32,000 bases of DNA, taken from the NCBI RefSeq assembly GCF_003945235.1, contig NZ_RSDW01000001.1:1620001-1652000 (forward strand), given 5' to 3'. The translations under genes and the position numbers were made by a program. Below are positions 8,725 to 18,423 of the stretch, piece after piece (position 1 is the first letter of the stretch; every line of letters begins with the position of its first letter). The DNA is from Edaphobacter aggregans (GTDB lineage Bacteria; Acidobacteriota; Terriglobia; Terriglobales; Acidobacteriaceae). The notes beneath the pieces were generated by a model. That model made no database searches. It was not told the DNA's origin and was given only the letters and a program-made list of their open reading frames with translations.

Positions 8725-10592
8725 GCAATTCCCTCCACCGTCACCACGCCCTCACCATTGCCCGCAACAACCGGAGCCACATCGCTGAACTGCATATCAT
8801 AAAGCCGCCGATAGGTCCCCGAGTGTCGCATCAGCTCTTCATGCGTCCCCATCTCACTAATCTGCCCATGCTCAATTACCGCAATACGCGTAGCCTTCCG
8901 CACCGTCGACAAACGGTGCGCAATCACAAACACCGTCCGCCCCCGCATCAAATTCGCCAGCGCCGCCTGCACATACTGCTCACTCTCGGTATCAAGAGCA
9001 GAAGTAGCCTCATCCAAAATCAATATCGGAGCATTCTTCAGAATCGCCCGAGCAATCGCCAACCGCTGCCGCTCGCCCCCGCTCAATCGCAATCCCTTCT
9101 CGCCAATCTTCGTGTTGTACCCATCCGGCATCCGTAAGATGAAGTCATGCGCCAGCGCCATCTGGGCCGCCTCCTGCACCCTGCTCAGCGGAACATCCGG
9201 CTGCCCATACGCAATATTGTTTCGCACAGTATCGTTGAACAGCACCGTCTCCTGCGTCACCTTGCCGATCTGCTTGCGCAGTGAATCGATCGTCACATCC
9301 CGCAGGTCGTACCCATCAATCAGGATCCTGCCTTCATTCACATCAAAGAACCGCGGAATGAGATTCACTAGAGAAGATTTGCCCGCGCCACTCGGCCCCA
9401 CCAGCGCAATCACCTCACCCGGATGCACCGTTAGATTAATTCCGCGCAGCACCTGCTTGGTCTCGCCCTCCTCACTCTCATACGCAAAACCAACGTTCTC
9501 AAATTCAATCCCTTTGCTGAAGCCCTTCAGCGCAAAGGCCCGCTTCTTCTCCTGAACATCATCCTGCGCATCCATGAACCGGAAGATATCTTCACTCGCA
9601 CCCAGCGCCTGTTGAAAACTGTTATAGAACGCAGCAAACTTCCGCACCGGGTCATACAACGTAAATACTGCAATCAGAAAGGTGATAAACGATCCAGCCG
9701 TCATCTGCTTATGCTGAATACTCACCCGCCCCAGCAGCAGCAATAGCGCAATCGCCATCGACGCAATTAGATCCATCAATGGCGAACTGATCGCCTGCAC
9801 TTTCACCGACTTCAAATTCGCATCGAACAGCCTTCGCGCGGCACGGCGAAAGCGGTTCATCTCCCACATCTCCATCCCGAACGCCTTCACAATTCGATTG
9901 CCGGTAATCGTCTCGTGAAGGATATTCTGAATCTCCGCCAGCTTATCCTGCCCCTTACGTGTCGTCTGCCGCACACCACGCCCAATGCGCCGAGCCGACA
10001 AAATCACTACCGGCAGAAACAGCAACAACACCCACGCTAGCTTCCCGCCGACGATGACCACCGCGATGGCCGTGAAGACTAAAGTAAAAAACTGCTGCAG
10101 AAAATCGCTCATCACACTCGACATCGCAAACTGAACCTTCTCGATGTCGTTGATCAACGTCGACAGCAGCGTTCCCGTCGTATGCTTCTGAAAAAAAGCC
10201 ACCGACCGCCGCAGAACAGCATTGTAGAGGTCATTACGCAAATCGGTGATCATGCCAAACCCAGCACGATTCACCAGATAGGTGCCGAAGTAATCACACA
10301 CCGATTTCAAGAATGCTGAGCCAACCAGCGCCACCGCCACCACAGTCCAGGCGTTGTGGAAGTGGCTCGGCAGAAGCCACTGCAGGTTGATGACATGATC
10401 CGTATGCGGAATGCGAAACAGTAGTACCAATCCCGGCGGCGCATCCGGGCTCAGCACATTATCGAAGATCGGCTTCACCAGCAGAATCCGAAACGCCGCC
10501 ATCGCGCCGACAATCGCCATCAGCACCACAGACGCCAGCGAATACAGCACATAAGGCCGCACATACATCAGCAATCGCCAAATGCGCTTCAA
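8721..10592 (-). CDS. ABC exporter, fused permease/ATPase (MsbA-like lipid exporter family)
   Basis: 623 aa. A six-helix TMD is followed by Walker A GPSGAGKSS, signature LSGGERQR and Walker B ILILDEATSALD. TTG start at 10592 with GGAGAG 7-8 nt upstream. Substrate cannot be read from the sequence. Confidence 0.85.
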   Translation of the reverse strand: MKRIWRLLMYVRPYVLYSLASVVLMAIVGAMAAFRILLVKPIFDNVLSPDAPPGLVLLFRIPHTDHVINLQWLLPSHFHNAWTVVAVALVGSAFLKSVCDYFGTYLVNRAGFGMITDLRNDLYNAVLRRSVAFFQKHTTGTLLSTLINDIEKVQFAMSSVMSDFLQQFFTLVFTAIAVVIVGGKLAWVLLLFLPVVILSARRIGRGVRQTTRKGQDKLAEIQNILHETITGNRIVKAFGMEMWEMNRFRRAARRLFDANLKSVKVQAISSPLMDLIASMAIALLLLLGRVSIQHKQMTAGSFITFLIAVFTLYDPVRKFAAFYNSFQQALGASEDIFRFMDAQDDVQEKKRAFALKGFSKGIEFENVGFAYESEEGETKQVLRGINLTVHPGEVIALVGPSGAGKSSLVNLIPRFFDVNEGRILIDGYDLRDVTIDSLRKQIGKVTQETVLFNDTVRNNIAYGQPDVPLSRVQEAAQMALAHDFILRMPDGYNTKIGEKGLRLSGGERQRLAIARAILKNAPILILDEATSALDTESEQYVQAALANLMRGRTVFVIAHRLSTVRKATRIAVIEHGQISEMGTHEELMRHSGTYRRLYDMQFSDVAPVVAGNGEGVVTVEGIA

Positions 10593-10650
10593 TCCGCCAC
10601 TCTCCAGATCCTCATCCCGCTGGGCATCTCTCTATTCTATTGTCGCCGCC

Positions 10651-11577
10651 CTAGCGCGGCATGTCCCGATGCGCCGTCTTCACCCGATAGCCCGCCGCCG
10701 CCAATCGCTTCTTCATCTCTTCTGCAATAAACACCGACCGATGCTGCCCGCCCGTACATCCAAACGCCACCGTCAGATAGCTCTTACCCTCCTTGATGTA
10801 GTGCGGCAGCAGAAACTCCAGCATATCCATCGTCTTATCCAGAAACTCCGCCGTCTGCGGAAAATTCCGCACATACTTCGCCACCTTCGGATGCCGTCCC
10901 GTCAGCTTGCGAAACTCCGGCACGAAATGCGGATTCGGCAGAAATCGCACATCAAACACAAGGTCCGCCTCAGGAGGTACACCGTTCTTGAACCCAAAAC
11001 TATTCGAAGAAATAGTGAGATTAAGATCGCTCTCCTCGCGCTGAAACTGCGCATTGATGTGCGCCCGCAGATCGTGCACATTGAACTTCGTCGTATCCAG
11101 CACAATGTCGGCGACGTTGCGAATCGGATCCAGGCGCTTACGTTCCGCTCGGATAGACTTCACTACCGTATCCTGACGCCCCATCGGATGCGGCCGCCGC
11201 GTCTCCGAAAATCTCCGGATCAGCGCGTCTTCACTCGCCTCCAGATACACCACCCGTGTCGGCAGCACGCGACGCACCTTCTCCAGGATCGCCGGAAACT
11301 CTTCCAACCGCATCCCCTCGCGCACGTCCACCACCAACGCCGCCCGTTCAATCTCCGCCGACTGGCGCACCAGATCTGCAAAACGGGGAACCAGCTCTAA
11401 CGGAAGATTATCGACCGAGTAGTATCCCAAATCCTCGAACGTCTTCAGGGCAGAAAGCTTTCCCGATCCCGATAACCCCGTCAGAATCACAAGCTCCCGC
11501 TGCTTCTCCGGCGTCTCATGTTTCGCTGCCTTTTTCCTCTGCTCACGTGGCATGCTGGAATCGTAGCATCCCTCCAC
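10651..11577 (-). CDS. rapZ: RNase adapter protein RapZ (YhbJ family P-loop NTPase)
   Basis: LTGLSGSGKLSALKTFEDLGYYSVDNLP and C-terminal GCTGGQHRSV motifs. Start is uncertain: GTG at 11577 or ATG at 11553. Confidence 0.9.
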   Translation of the reverse strand: MEGCYDSSMPREQRKKAAKHETPEKQRELVILTGLSGSGKLSALKTFEDLGYYSVDNLPLELVPRFADLVRQSAEIERAALVVDVREGMRLEEFPAILEKVRRVLPTRVVYLEASEDALIRRFSETRRPHPMGRQDTVVKSIRAERKRLDPIRNVADIVLDTTKFNVHDLRAHINAQFQREESDLNLTISSNSFGFKNGVPPEADLVFDVRFLPNPHFVPEFRKLTGRHPKVAKYVRNFPQTAEFLDKTMDMLEFLLPHYIKEGKSYLTVAFGCTGGQHRSVFIAEEMKKRLAAAGYRVKTAHRDMPR

Positions 11578-11604
11578 GAATCGCGAGTCTGACCAGCTAG
11601 CCCC

Positions 11605-12243
11605 CTACGGCACTTCGATCAGTTCCATCTTCCCATCGCGCTTGCGGTGCAGCACCATGGCCTGCCCCTTCATATCGCGGAACACAAACACATCGCGATC
11701 CCGGAAAGCGGCCTCTTTCACCGCCTCCTCCAGCGACATCGGCCGCAGCGCTACACCATCCGTCGAGCGCGATACATGCGGCTCAGGCAAAGGCGACAGT
11801 GACGGGAACGAATGCACCAGCATAGGAACCGCCTTCCGCCCATTGCTGCTCTTCACCGCAACCTTGGTCGCAGGAGCTTTGGTCACGATTAGGCCCGCGC
11901 CGTCATGCGTAACCTTGCTGGCCGCCGTTTCTTTGGCATCGGTTTTCGGATGCCGCTTGATCGTCGCATGCTTCTTCTTGTGCCGGATTGCCTGCTTCTC
12001 CAGCTTCTCCAGCGCATCACGCAGCGCCAGAACCATCTCTGTCTCTTCGCATCTGGCGACCAGCTTCTGGTGACGCGTCTGCACCGTCACCTCGGCAATC
12101 TGCCGGTACTTATCGGTACTCAGCGTGACATGCACATTGCCGGAGTTGCCGACGATCTTCGCAATTCGCGCCAGACCCTCTTCAACCTGCAGCTTCAATT
12201 TCTTCGTAATGGTTGTCTGTCTACCTGTGTACTCGACGTCCAT
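11605..12243 (-). CDS. hpf: ribosome hibernation promoting factor, long form
   Basis: MDVEYTGRQTTIT... N-domain plus a C-terminal dimerisation-type domain (DVFVFRDMKGQAMVLHRKRDGKMELIE), joined by a long basic linker. I prefer the ATG at 12243, with GAGGTG 6 nt upstream, over the track's GTG at 12252. Confidence 0.9.
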   Translation of the reverse strand: MDVEYTGRQTTITKKLKLQVEEGLARIAKIVGNSGNVHVTLSTDKYRQIAEVTVQTRHQKLVARCEETEMVLALRDALEKLEKQAIRHKKKHATIKRHPKTDAKETAASKVTHDGAGLIVTKAPATKVAVKSSNGRKAVPMLVHSFPSLSPLPEPHVSRSTDGVALRPMSLEEAVKEAAFRDRDVFVFRDMKGQAMVLHRKRDGKMELIEVP

Positions 12244-12282
12244 TCGGCTCACCTCGTCTTTTTACTAAAACTTCTGCTCGGG

Positions 12283-13965
12283 TCAGCGTACACGACGTTG
12301 GTGGGTACTTGGAATCTGCATATCTTCTCGGTACTTCGCCACCGTCCTGCGAGTCACCTGAATTCCCTGCCGCTGCAGCTCGGCCGCCAGTTGGTCATCG
12401 GTCAATGGTTTACGCTCATCTTCCTCTTCAATCAACTTCTTCACCTTGCGTTTCAGCAGCACAAGCGGCAAATCTCCGCCCTCTGGCCCGTTCACGCCTT
12501 CCGAGAAGAAGAATCGTAACTCAAATACCCCTTGCGATGTGTGCACATATTTATTTGCCACCGCACGGCTCACCGTCGACGGGTGCACCCCGATCTCCTC
12601 GGCCACCTCTTTGATCATCATCGGCTTCAGAGCCTCCACCCCATGCTCCAGAAACTCCGTCTGCCGCCGCACGATCACCTCGCACGTCCGGACGATCGTA
12701 TTCTTCCTCTGCTCGATGTTCCGCAGCAGCTGGATCGCCGACTTATACCGCTCCTTCACATACTCCTTGACTTCCTTCTCCGTCTGCTTCTGCTGCAGCA
12801 TCTTCCTGTAACCCTGGTTCAGTCGCAGCGTCGGCATATCTTCCTCGTTCATCACCACAACGTACTTATCGTCGCGCTTTACAAATGCGACGTCGGGCTC
12901 GATCAGCCGCGTCTCGCTCTGGTTATAGCGCTGTCCCGGCCTGGGATCGAGTGTCCGGATAAATTCCACTGCCGCCTGCACCTCATCCGAAGTCCGCCCG
13001 CAGCTCCGCGTCAACTCGCGCATGTCCTTCTTCTGCAACAGCGGCAAACAGTTCTCCACGATATGCGTAGCCGTTGCAAACACATCCACATTGGCACCAC
13101 CGCCCATTGCATGCGCAGCACCATTGCTTCCCGCAGCCTTCTGCCGCCTTCGCAACACAATCGCCGCCTCGGCTTGCTGCGCCTTTATCTGAATCAGCAG
13201 GCATTCCCGCAGATCTCGCGCGGCCACGCCCACCGGATCCAGATGATTGACAATCCCGCGCGCCTCCGCAACCACGGCCAGCAATCTCTCTCGTTCCTGG
13301 TCCGCGGCAGCTGCAATCTCTACAGCTTCCTCCTCAGCGGAACCAGCCTGCTCCGCTTCGGGATCAAAACGGTACCCGAGCTTCCCCTTCGTCCCACGCT
13401 CAAACGGAATCGGCACCGACCGCACAGGCACCCTGAACTGCATCAGCGACTCCACTAACTCCTCATCGCTCGCCGTCAGATACCCATTCTCGTTTAGATT
13501 CCCCACCACCAGCTCCGCCGCCTCTTGCACCTCGGGCGACAGCGTCAACGAACCAAGCTGCCACATCAGGTGATCGCTCAGCGTGCTCGGCTGCGAAAGA
13601 AAATTCTCAAACGAAGGCTTGTCGTACTCCTCAAAATTCGAAGCCGTCTTGAACCCCGGATCAAGATAATCCTGAAAGTAGCTCCCGAAGTCGATCTCGT
13701 CGAACGGATCCTTCTCCACCCTCTCCGTTTCGGCCACAACCTCTTCAGCCGAACGCTCTCGATCCCCTTCGATTCCCGCGCGCTCCTCCAACGGAACGCC
13801 GGACTCTTCCAACTCCTCCAACACCGGATTCTCCACCATCTCGGTGTTGATCATCTCTTTCAACTCAAGCTTGTTCAGCGCCAGCACACTGACCATCTGC
13901 ACCAGTCCAGGCGTAAGCACCTGCCGTTGCGAGACTTTTACATTCAGCTTGGGTTGCAGCAACAC
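12283..13965 (-). CDS. rpoN: RNA polymerase sigma-54 factor
   Basis: 560 aa. N-terminal LNVKVSQRQVLTPGL (region I), HTH, and the RpoN box ARRTVAKYREDMQIPS. GTG start with AGGAGA 9 nt upstream. Confidence 0.95.
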   Translation of the reverse strand: MLLQPKLNVKVSQRQVLTPGLVQMVSVLALNKLELKEMINTEMVENPVLEELEESGVPLEERAGIEGDRERSAEEVVAETERVEKDPFDEIDFGSYFQDYLDPGFKTASNFEEYDKPSFENFLSQPSTLSDHLMWQLGSLTLSPEVQEAAELVVGNLNENGYLTASDEELVESLMQFRVPVRSVPIPFERGTKGKLGYRFDPEAEQAGSAEEEAVEIAAAADQERERLLAVVAEARGIVNHLDPVGVAARDLRECLLIQIKAQQAEAAIVLRRRQKAAGSNGAAHAMGGGANVDVFATATHIVENCLPLLQKKDMRELTRSCGRTSDEVQAAVEFIRTLDPRPGQRYNQSETRLIEPDVAFVKRDDKYVVVMNEEDMPTLRLNQGYRKMLQQKQTEKEVKEYVKERYKSAIQLLRNIEQRKNTIVRTCEVIVRRQTEFLEHGVEALKPMMIKEVAEEIGVHPSTVSRAVANKYVHTSQGVFELRFFFSEGVNGPEGGDLPLVLLKRKVKKLIEEEDERKPLTDDQLAAELQRQGIQVTRRTVAKYREDMQIPSTHQRRVR

Positions 13966-14181
13966 GTCCTAAGTTCTCCTGCGTCTTCCTTGCGTCGCAC
14001 CTTGCTGTCGGTGCGAGTTGTCCGGCGCTAGCCGAGTCGTCTCGGCACTCCCGGTCCTCGCTTGGGCCCAGTCTACACGTCTGAATCCGTTGGTGTAAGT
14101 CTACCCCCGCAACGGCTCGAGTGGGGTGCACCGATAGCACAGCACCCTTACAACAGAAGTTGTATCAATACAATCGCAAAC

Positions 14182-14910
14182 CTAGTCCATCGAAAATTTC
14201 TCACCTAGGTAGATCCGTCTCACCTCCGGATCACGTCCCAGATCACCCGGCGTCCCCGCCTTAAATATCTTTCCTTCATTGATGATGTAAGCCCGATCTG
14301 TCACCGAAAGCGTCTCCCGAACGTTATGGTCCGTAATCAACACACCGATCCCGCTCCTCTTCAAATCGAAGATGATCTCCTGCAGATCCAACACCGCAAT
14401 CGGATCAATCCCCGAGAACGGTTCATCCAGCAGAATGAACGCCGGTTCGATCGCCAGGCAACGAGCAATCTCCACCCTTCTGCGTTCTCCACCACTCAGC
14501 GCATACCCACGCGTCTTGCGAACATGTCCCAGATTCAACTGCTCGATCAGCTTTTCAGTCCGCGTGCGCCGACTCTCCCAGCTCAACTGCTGTGTTTCCA
14601 ACACTGCCAGAATGTTGTCCTGCACCGTCAGCTTGCGAAACACCGACGGCTCCTGCGGCAGATAGCTAATCCCATAGTTCCGCGCCCGCAGGTACATCGG
14701 CAGCCGGCTGATATCGTGCCCATCCGCCAGCACACTGCCCGAATCCGGCCGCACCAGCCCCACAATCATGTAGAAGCTTGTCGTCTTGCCTGCGCCATTT
14801 GGCCCAAGCAACCCCACCACCTCACCCTGCTCAATCTGTAGGCTGACGCCACGCACAACCTGGCGCCCGCCGTAGGACTTCGCGATCTCCTCCGTCGACA
14901 ATGTCTTCAT
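14182..14910 (-). CDS. lptB: LPS export ABC transporter ATP-binding protein
   Basis: 242 aa. [37 protein letters not shown]. Position immediately upstream of rpoN matches the canonical lptB-rpoN linkage. Confidence 0.95.
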   Translation of the reverse strand: MKTLSTEEIAKSYGGRQVVRGVSLQIEQGEVVGLLGPNGAGKTTSFYMIVGLVRPDSGSVLADGHDISRLPMYLRARNYGISYLPQEPSVFRKLTVQDNILAVLETQQLSWESRRTRTEKLIEQLNLGHVRKTRGYALSGGERRRVEIARCLAIEPAFILLDEPFSGIDPIAVLDLQEIIFDLKRSGIGVLITDHNVRETLSVTDRAYIINEGKIFKAGTPGDLGRDPEVRRIYLGEKFSMD

Positions 14911-14912
14911 CG

Positions 14913-17516
14913 TTATTTCTTCACCTGCGTCTCCGTGCGAACCCTCTGTCCGGCACCACTGCTTCCATCATTAGAAACCACCACGCTCTCATCTCCCGAA
15001 TGGAACCGCAACGACGCACCCGTCACCGTTCCCCGTACATCATCGACAACCTTCGGCGGAGCGGCAGCCGTCCCCGTCAGCACAAACATCCCATCGCTTG
15101 CCGTGTACACCAGTTGCGTCCCCGTCGCTCGCCGGCCCGTCTGCTCGATCTCGATCTGCCCCGTAGCCACAATCCGCTCAACACTTCCCCCCATCATCCC
15201 GCCTGCAACACCGCCCGGCCCACTGACTGGCGCCGCCTTCGCTCCACTAGCCGTCTTACCTCCAGCACCCTGCGCAGGTTGCAGATAAACAGTAGCCTGC
15301 TCCCCTCTCATCCGGCTGTCTGCAGTCTCGACCAGCACCCCTCCGCTGAACTCCGCCTTCCGCGCCTCGTCCGAATAAATCAACTCCCGGCTAGCCACCC
15401 GCACCACCTGAGCTCTCCCCACTTCCTTCCCAACACCAATCTTTCCCCCACTCGTCCCTCCGGCCTTAGCCGAATTAGACGAATCAACCTTCCCCGCCCC
15501 GCTATTCACAAACACCGCATGAACCGCCATCGGAGCTCCCTGCCCCGCGCCTCGCGCGACCAACCGCCGCTCCTTCTGCTCAAACTGAAGCACCGGAGCC
15601 TCCACCTGCGACCCACCCTGCCAAAGCCGAGCCGCCCTCCCCGCCTCGCCATAAAAAATCGCCGTATCCGCCGCCCTTTTGAACTCCGCCCGCACTCCCG
15701 TCACATGCGCCACATCCTGCGACCCCGAAGCCGCCCCCTGGGCCACGCTATTCGGCTGCACATAGCTGGCCTTCACCGACCCCTCCGCCACTCCATCGCC
15801 GCTCTGCTGCTCCATCATCATCTTGTCAGCCCACAAGACACTACCCGCGTCTGAAACCTGCACCCCACCCGTCAGAGTCACACGATCCGTCCCCCCGTCG
15901 TAGACCGCTTTCTCCGCCGTGGCCCGTTGCTCACTCGGAGCACTCGTATCCCCCGCCTTCCGCGCCGGCGTAGACACCATCACCAGATGCCCCTGCTGCA
16001 CCGCAGTCGCAATCTGCTGCCCCCCCTGCCCCACACCACCGCCCTTGCCGTCCTTCTGCACCTGCCCCGCCGCCGTCGCCGTGTTGAACCGCACATCCAG
16101 CGAATCCCCTGAGCTCCTACTTTGCGCTCCCTTATCGCTCACCCGCACCAACTCCGTACGCCCGCGGCCATGTGCCTCAGAAATCTTCTGCGCCCCATCG
16201 ACCTCAACAAAATGCGCCGTCAGAACATCCCCCGCAATCTCGCTCCGGGTCGGCCCACTCCCACCCTTCACCGCCGCATTCAAAACCTTCAGCCGAGCAT
16301 TCCCACTCGCATTCGCATCCTGCAAACGAGACTTACTCTTCCCCTCCGGCACCATCGTTAGCTCCACCGTAGCCGCCGACAACTCCCGCTCACTCCAATC
16401 CTTCTCTGTCTCCGAAGCCCGCACCCGCTCCTTCACATGAACCGGCCCCGTCAGCACCACCTGCTGCAGTCTTCCCACCTTATCGAAGGCGCCTCTCCCC
16501 TCAGTCGCCTCTCCCGTCGCCTGCCGCAGCGGATCATCGGCCCCATACCGCACCCCACCCCACAACCGCGCCGACTGCATCTGGTTGCTCGCGTTCAACA
16601 CAATCTCACCTTGCTGCGAAGTCACCCTCCCGCCATCCGCCCCCGTCAGCACAACATCACCTTCACCCTCAAGCCGCTCCATCGACCCATCGTTCCGCAT
16701 ATGCGCCACCGCTCGCTGCGCCTGCGCCGTCTGCTGCCCCGTCGAACCTTTCTCGCCCACCGACACAAACTTTGCATTCTGCATCGTCACCAGCAGGCTC
16801 GCCCTGTCCATCTCGGCCCGCGACGCCGTCAATACCACCGGCCGCCCCTGCTGCAACCCATTCATCTTCACCGCTGACTGCAGCACCAGTACACCCGTAT
16901 CCGAGCTGTACTCCGCCCCTACGGCATGTCCCGTCATTCCGCGGAACTCAAACTCAACCTCCTGATCGGTCGCCGCCACCCCAAGCTTCTGCAAATAAAC
17001 TAACCCACTCGTCTTCACATGGATAAGCCGTTCACCGCCCGCGCCGCTCTCCTCCCAACCCGCCCCATGCAGGTCTTTGCCCGACGCATAGTCCATCTTC
17101 CCCTTCGCATCCGCCGCCGCCGGAGCCTGCAGATCGATATGAACCTCACCCACCGCCCGCACTACACCCGTGTTCTGATCCAGTTCAAACTCTTTGCCAT
17201 AAATCCTGTCAGCCCTGTCCTGCTTCCGGCCGTACACCACAATCCCCACATCATGAAGCGTGTACGTCCCATCCTTGCGCTGGACGGCCTTCGCCGCATG
17301 AAGCGTAAAGACCGTTCTGCCCTCCACTGTCTGCGACCACGTAAACGCATTGGTCTCCTGCCGGATATCCGCCCCCAGCTTCGCCGGCAAATCCTTGATA
17401 AACCGTGTCGCCCGATGATGCGCATAAACCAGAAAAGCAGCAATCACCATCACCAGCAGACCCACGCCCACCAGCAACCAAACCCGCAACCTCTCAATGG
17501 AAACCGAAACACCCAT
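14913..17516 (-). CDS. membrane-anchored protein with LptC-like N-terminus and repeated LptA/OstA-like segments
   Basis: 867 aa. A single N-terminal TM helix ([19 protein letters not shown]). Several segments then fit the OstA/LptA pattern (A.ka.Y....d.v.LTG.V.v......l.ADk), e.g. [38 protein letters not shown] and [30 protein letters not shown]. Its stop lies 2 nt before the lptB start. Confidence 0.6.
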   Translation of the reverse strand: MGVSVSIERLRVWLLVGVGLLVMVIAAFLVYAHHRATRFIKDLPAKLGADIRQETNAFTWSQTVEGRTVFTLHAAKAVQRKDGTYTLHDVGIVVYGRKQDRADRIYGKEFELDQNTGVVRAVGEVHIDLQAPAAADAKGKMDYASGKDLHGAGWEESGAGGERLIHVKTSGLVYLQKLGVAATDQEVEFEFRGMTGHAVGAEYSSDTGVLVLQSAVKMNGLQQGRPVVLTASRAEMDRASLLVTMQNAKFVSVGEKGSTGQQTAQAQRAVAHMRNDGSMERLEGEGDVVLTGADGGRVTSQQGEIVLNASNQMQSARLWGGVRYGADDPLRQATGEATEGRGAFDKVGRLQQVVLTGPVHVKERVRASETEKDWSERELSAATVELTMVPEGKSKSRLQDANASGNARLKVLNAAVKGGSGPTRSEIAGDVLTAHFVEVDGAQKISEAHGRGRTELVRVSDKGAQSRSSGDSLDVRFNTATAAGQVQKDGKGGGVGQGGQQIATAVQQGHLVMVSTPARKAGDTSAPSEQRATAEKAVYDGGTDRVTLTGGVQVSDAGSVLWADKMMMEQQSGDGVAEGSVKASYVQPNSVAQGAASGSQDVAHVTGVRAEFKRAADTAIFYGEAGRAARLWQGGSQVEAPVLQFEQKERRLVARGAGQGAPMAVHAVFVNSGAGKVDSSNSAKAGGTSGGKIGVGKEVGRAQVVRVASRELIYSDEARKAEFSGGVLVETADSRMRGEQATVYLQPAQGAGGKTASGAKAAPVSGPGGVAGGMMGGSVERIVATGQIEIEQTGRRATGTQLVYTASDGMFVLTGTAAAPPKVVDDVRGTVTGASLRFHSGDESVVVSNDGSSGAGQRVRTETQVKK

Positions 17517-17594
17517 CTACTTCTATCTTCTCACCCGCACCCAACTCCGCGCCCCCCACCATTTCCCTGAACCCTGAAGGTCTAAACTATCCCA

Positions 17595-18290
17595 ATGGCC
17601 GACCAACTCTACCTAAGCCTCTGGTTCCCCAACTTCCGCCTCGAAGCGCTCCCCGAAAAGCTAACCTCGGTCATGCGCCAATTCGCCCTTATCAGCGGAG
17701 AAAAAAGAGTCGCCGCAGCCAGCGTCTACCCCATCGGCTTCAACGAAGCCCCCACCTACCAGCGCATCTACGTCAACGACGACCGCTCCCAGGACACCGA
17801 AGATTCCATCATCGAAAACGCCGTAGCCGAGGCCATCGAGCAACTCCACGACGACATGGCCTACGAGTTCGAGATGCGATGGAAGCTCTGGGTCCCCGAA
17901 AACGACACCCCACCCTCCGCAGCACCCGACCCCGACATCGACCAGGACGACGACTACGACTCCCTCATCCACCTGGACACTCTTTGGAAACTCCAGCCCG
18001 CCACCGTCCGGATCCTCGGCCTCGGCCCCAACTTCGATGACGCCAGCTTCGAGCAAAACGGACACATCCGCATCGACTTCGGCCTCGACACCCCTTGGCT
18101 CGCCGAAACCCTCGACGAAGAAGAGCTGGACGAAGATGCAACCAAACACATCCAGCAGAACGTCGAAAAACTCCTCGCCTTCACCCTCTCCGTCGAAAAG
18201 CACTGCGGCATCTCCAGCCGCCTCCTCTGGACCGAATCCGGCGAACCCCTCGCCCAGAAACTAATCGAGCGCCTCCAGCGCCTCAACTGA
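17595..18290 (+). CDS. hypothetical acidic cytoplasmic protein, no recognised domain
   Basis: 231 aa. C-ending codon usage matches other + strand genes in this part of the window. Asp/Glu-rich tracts (PDPDIDQDDDYD, LDEEELDED). No signal peptide or TM helix. No SD upstream; a TAAACT (17583-17588) ends 6 nt before the ATG. Confidence 0.6.
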   Translation: MADQLYLSLWFPNFRLEALPEKLTSVMRQFALISGEKRVAAASVYPIGFNEAPTYQRIYVNDDRSQDTEDSIIENAVAEAIEQLHDDMAYEFEMRWKLWVPENDTPPSAAPDPDIDQDDDYDSLIHLDTLWKLQPATVRILGLGPNFDDASFEQNGHIRIDFGLDTPWLAETLDEEELDEDATKHIQQNVEKLLAFTLSVEKHCGISSRLLWTESGEPLAQKLIERLQRLN

Positions 18291-18423
18291 TTGCAACCGT
18301 TACACAAAGCTCACAGCCCAAGGCTCGCCGTTCTTTTCGTTTGAACCTGCAACTAAAACGCGTGTATAAGGGATACCGTCTAAATCCCAGCCATCTCGCG
18401 GGCCACATGACTAAGGAGCAACA

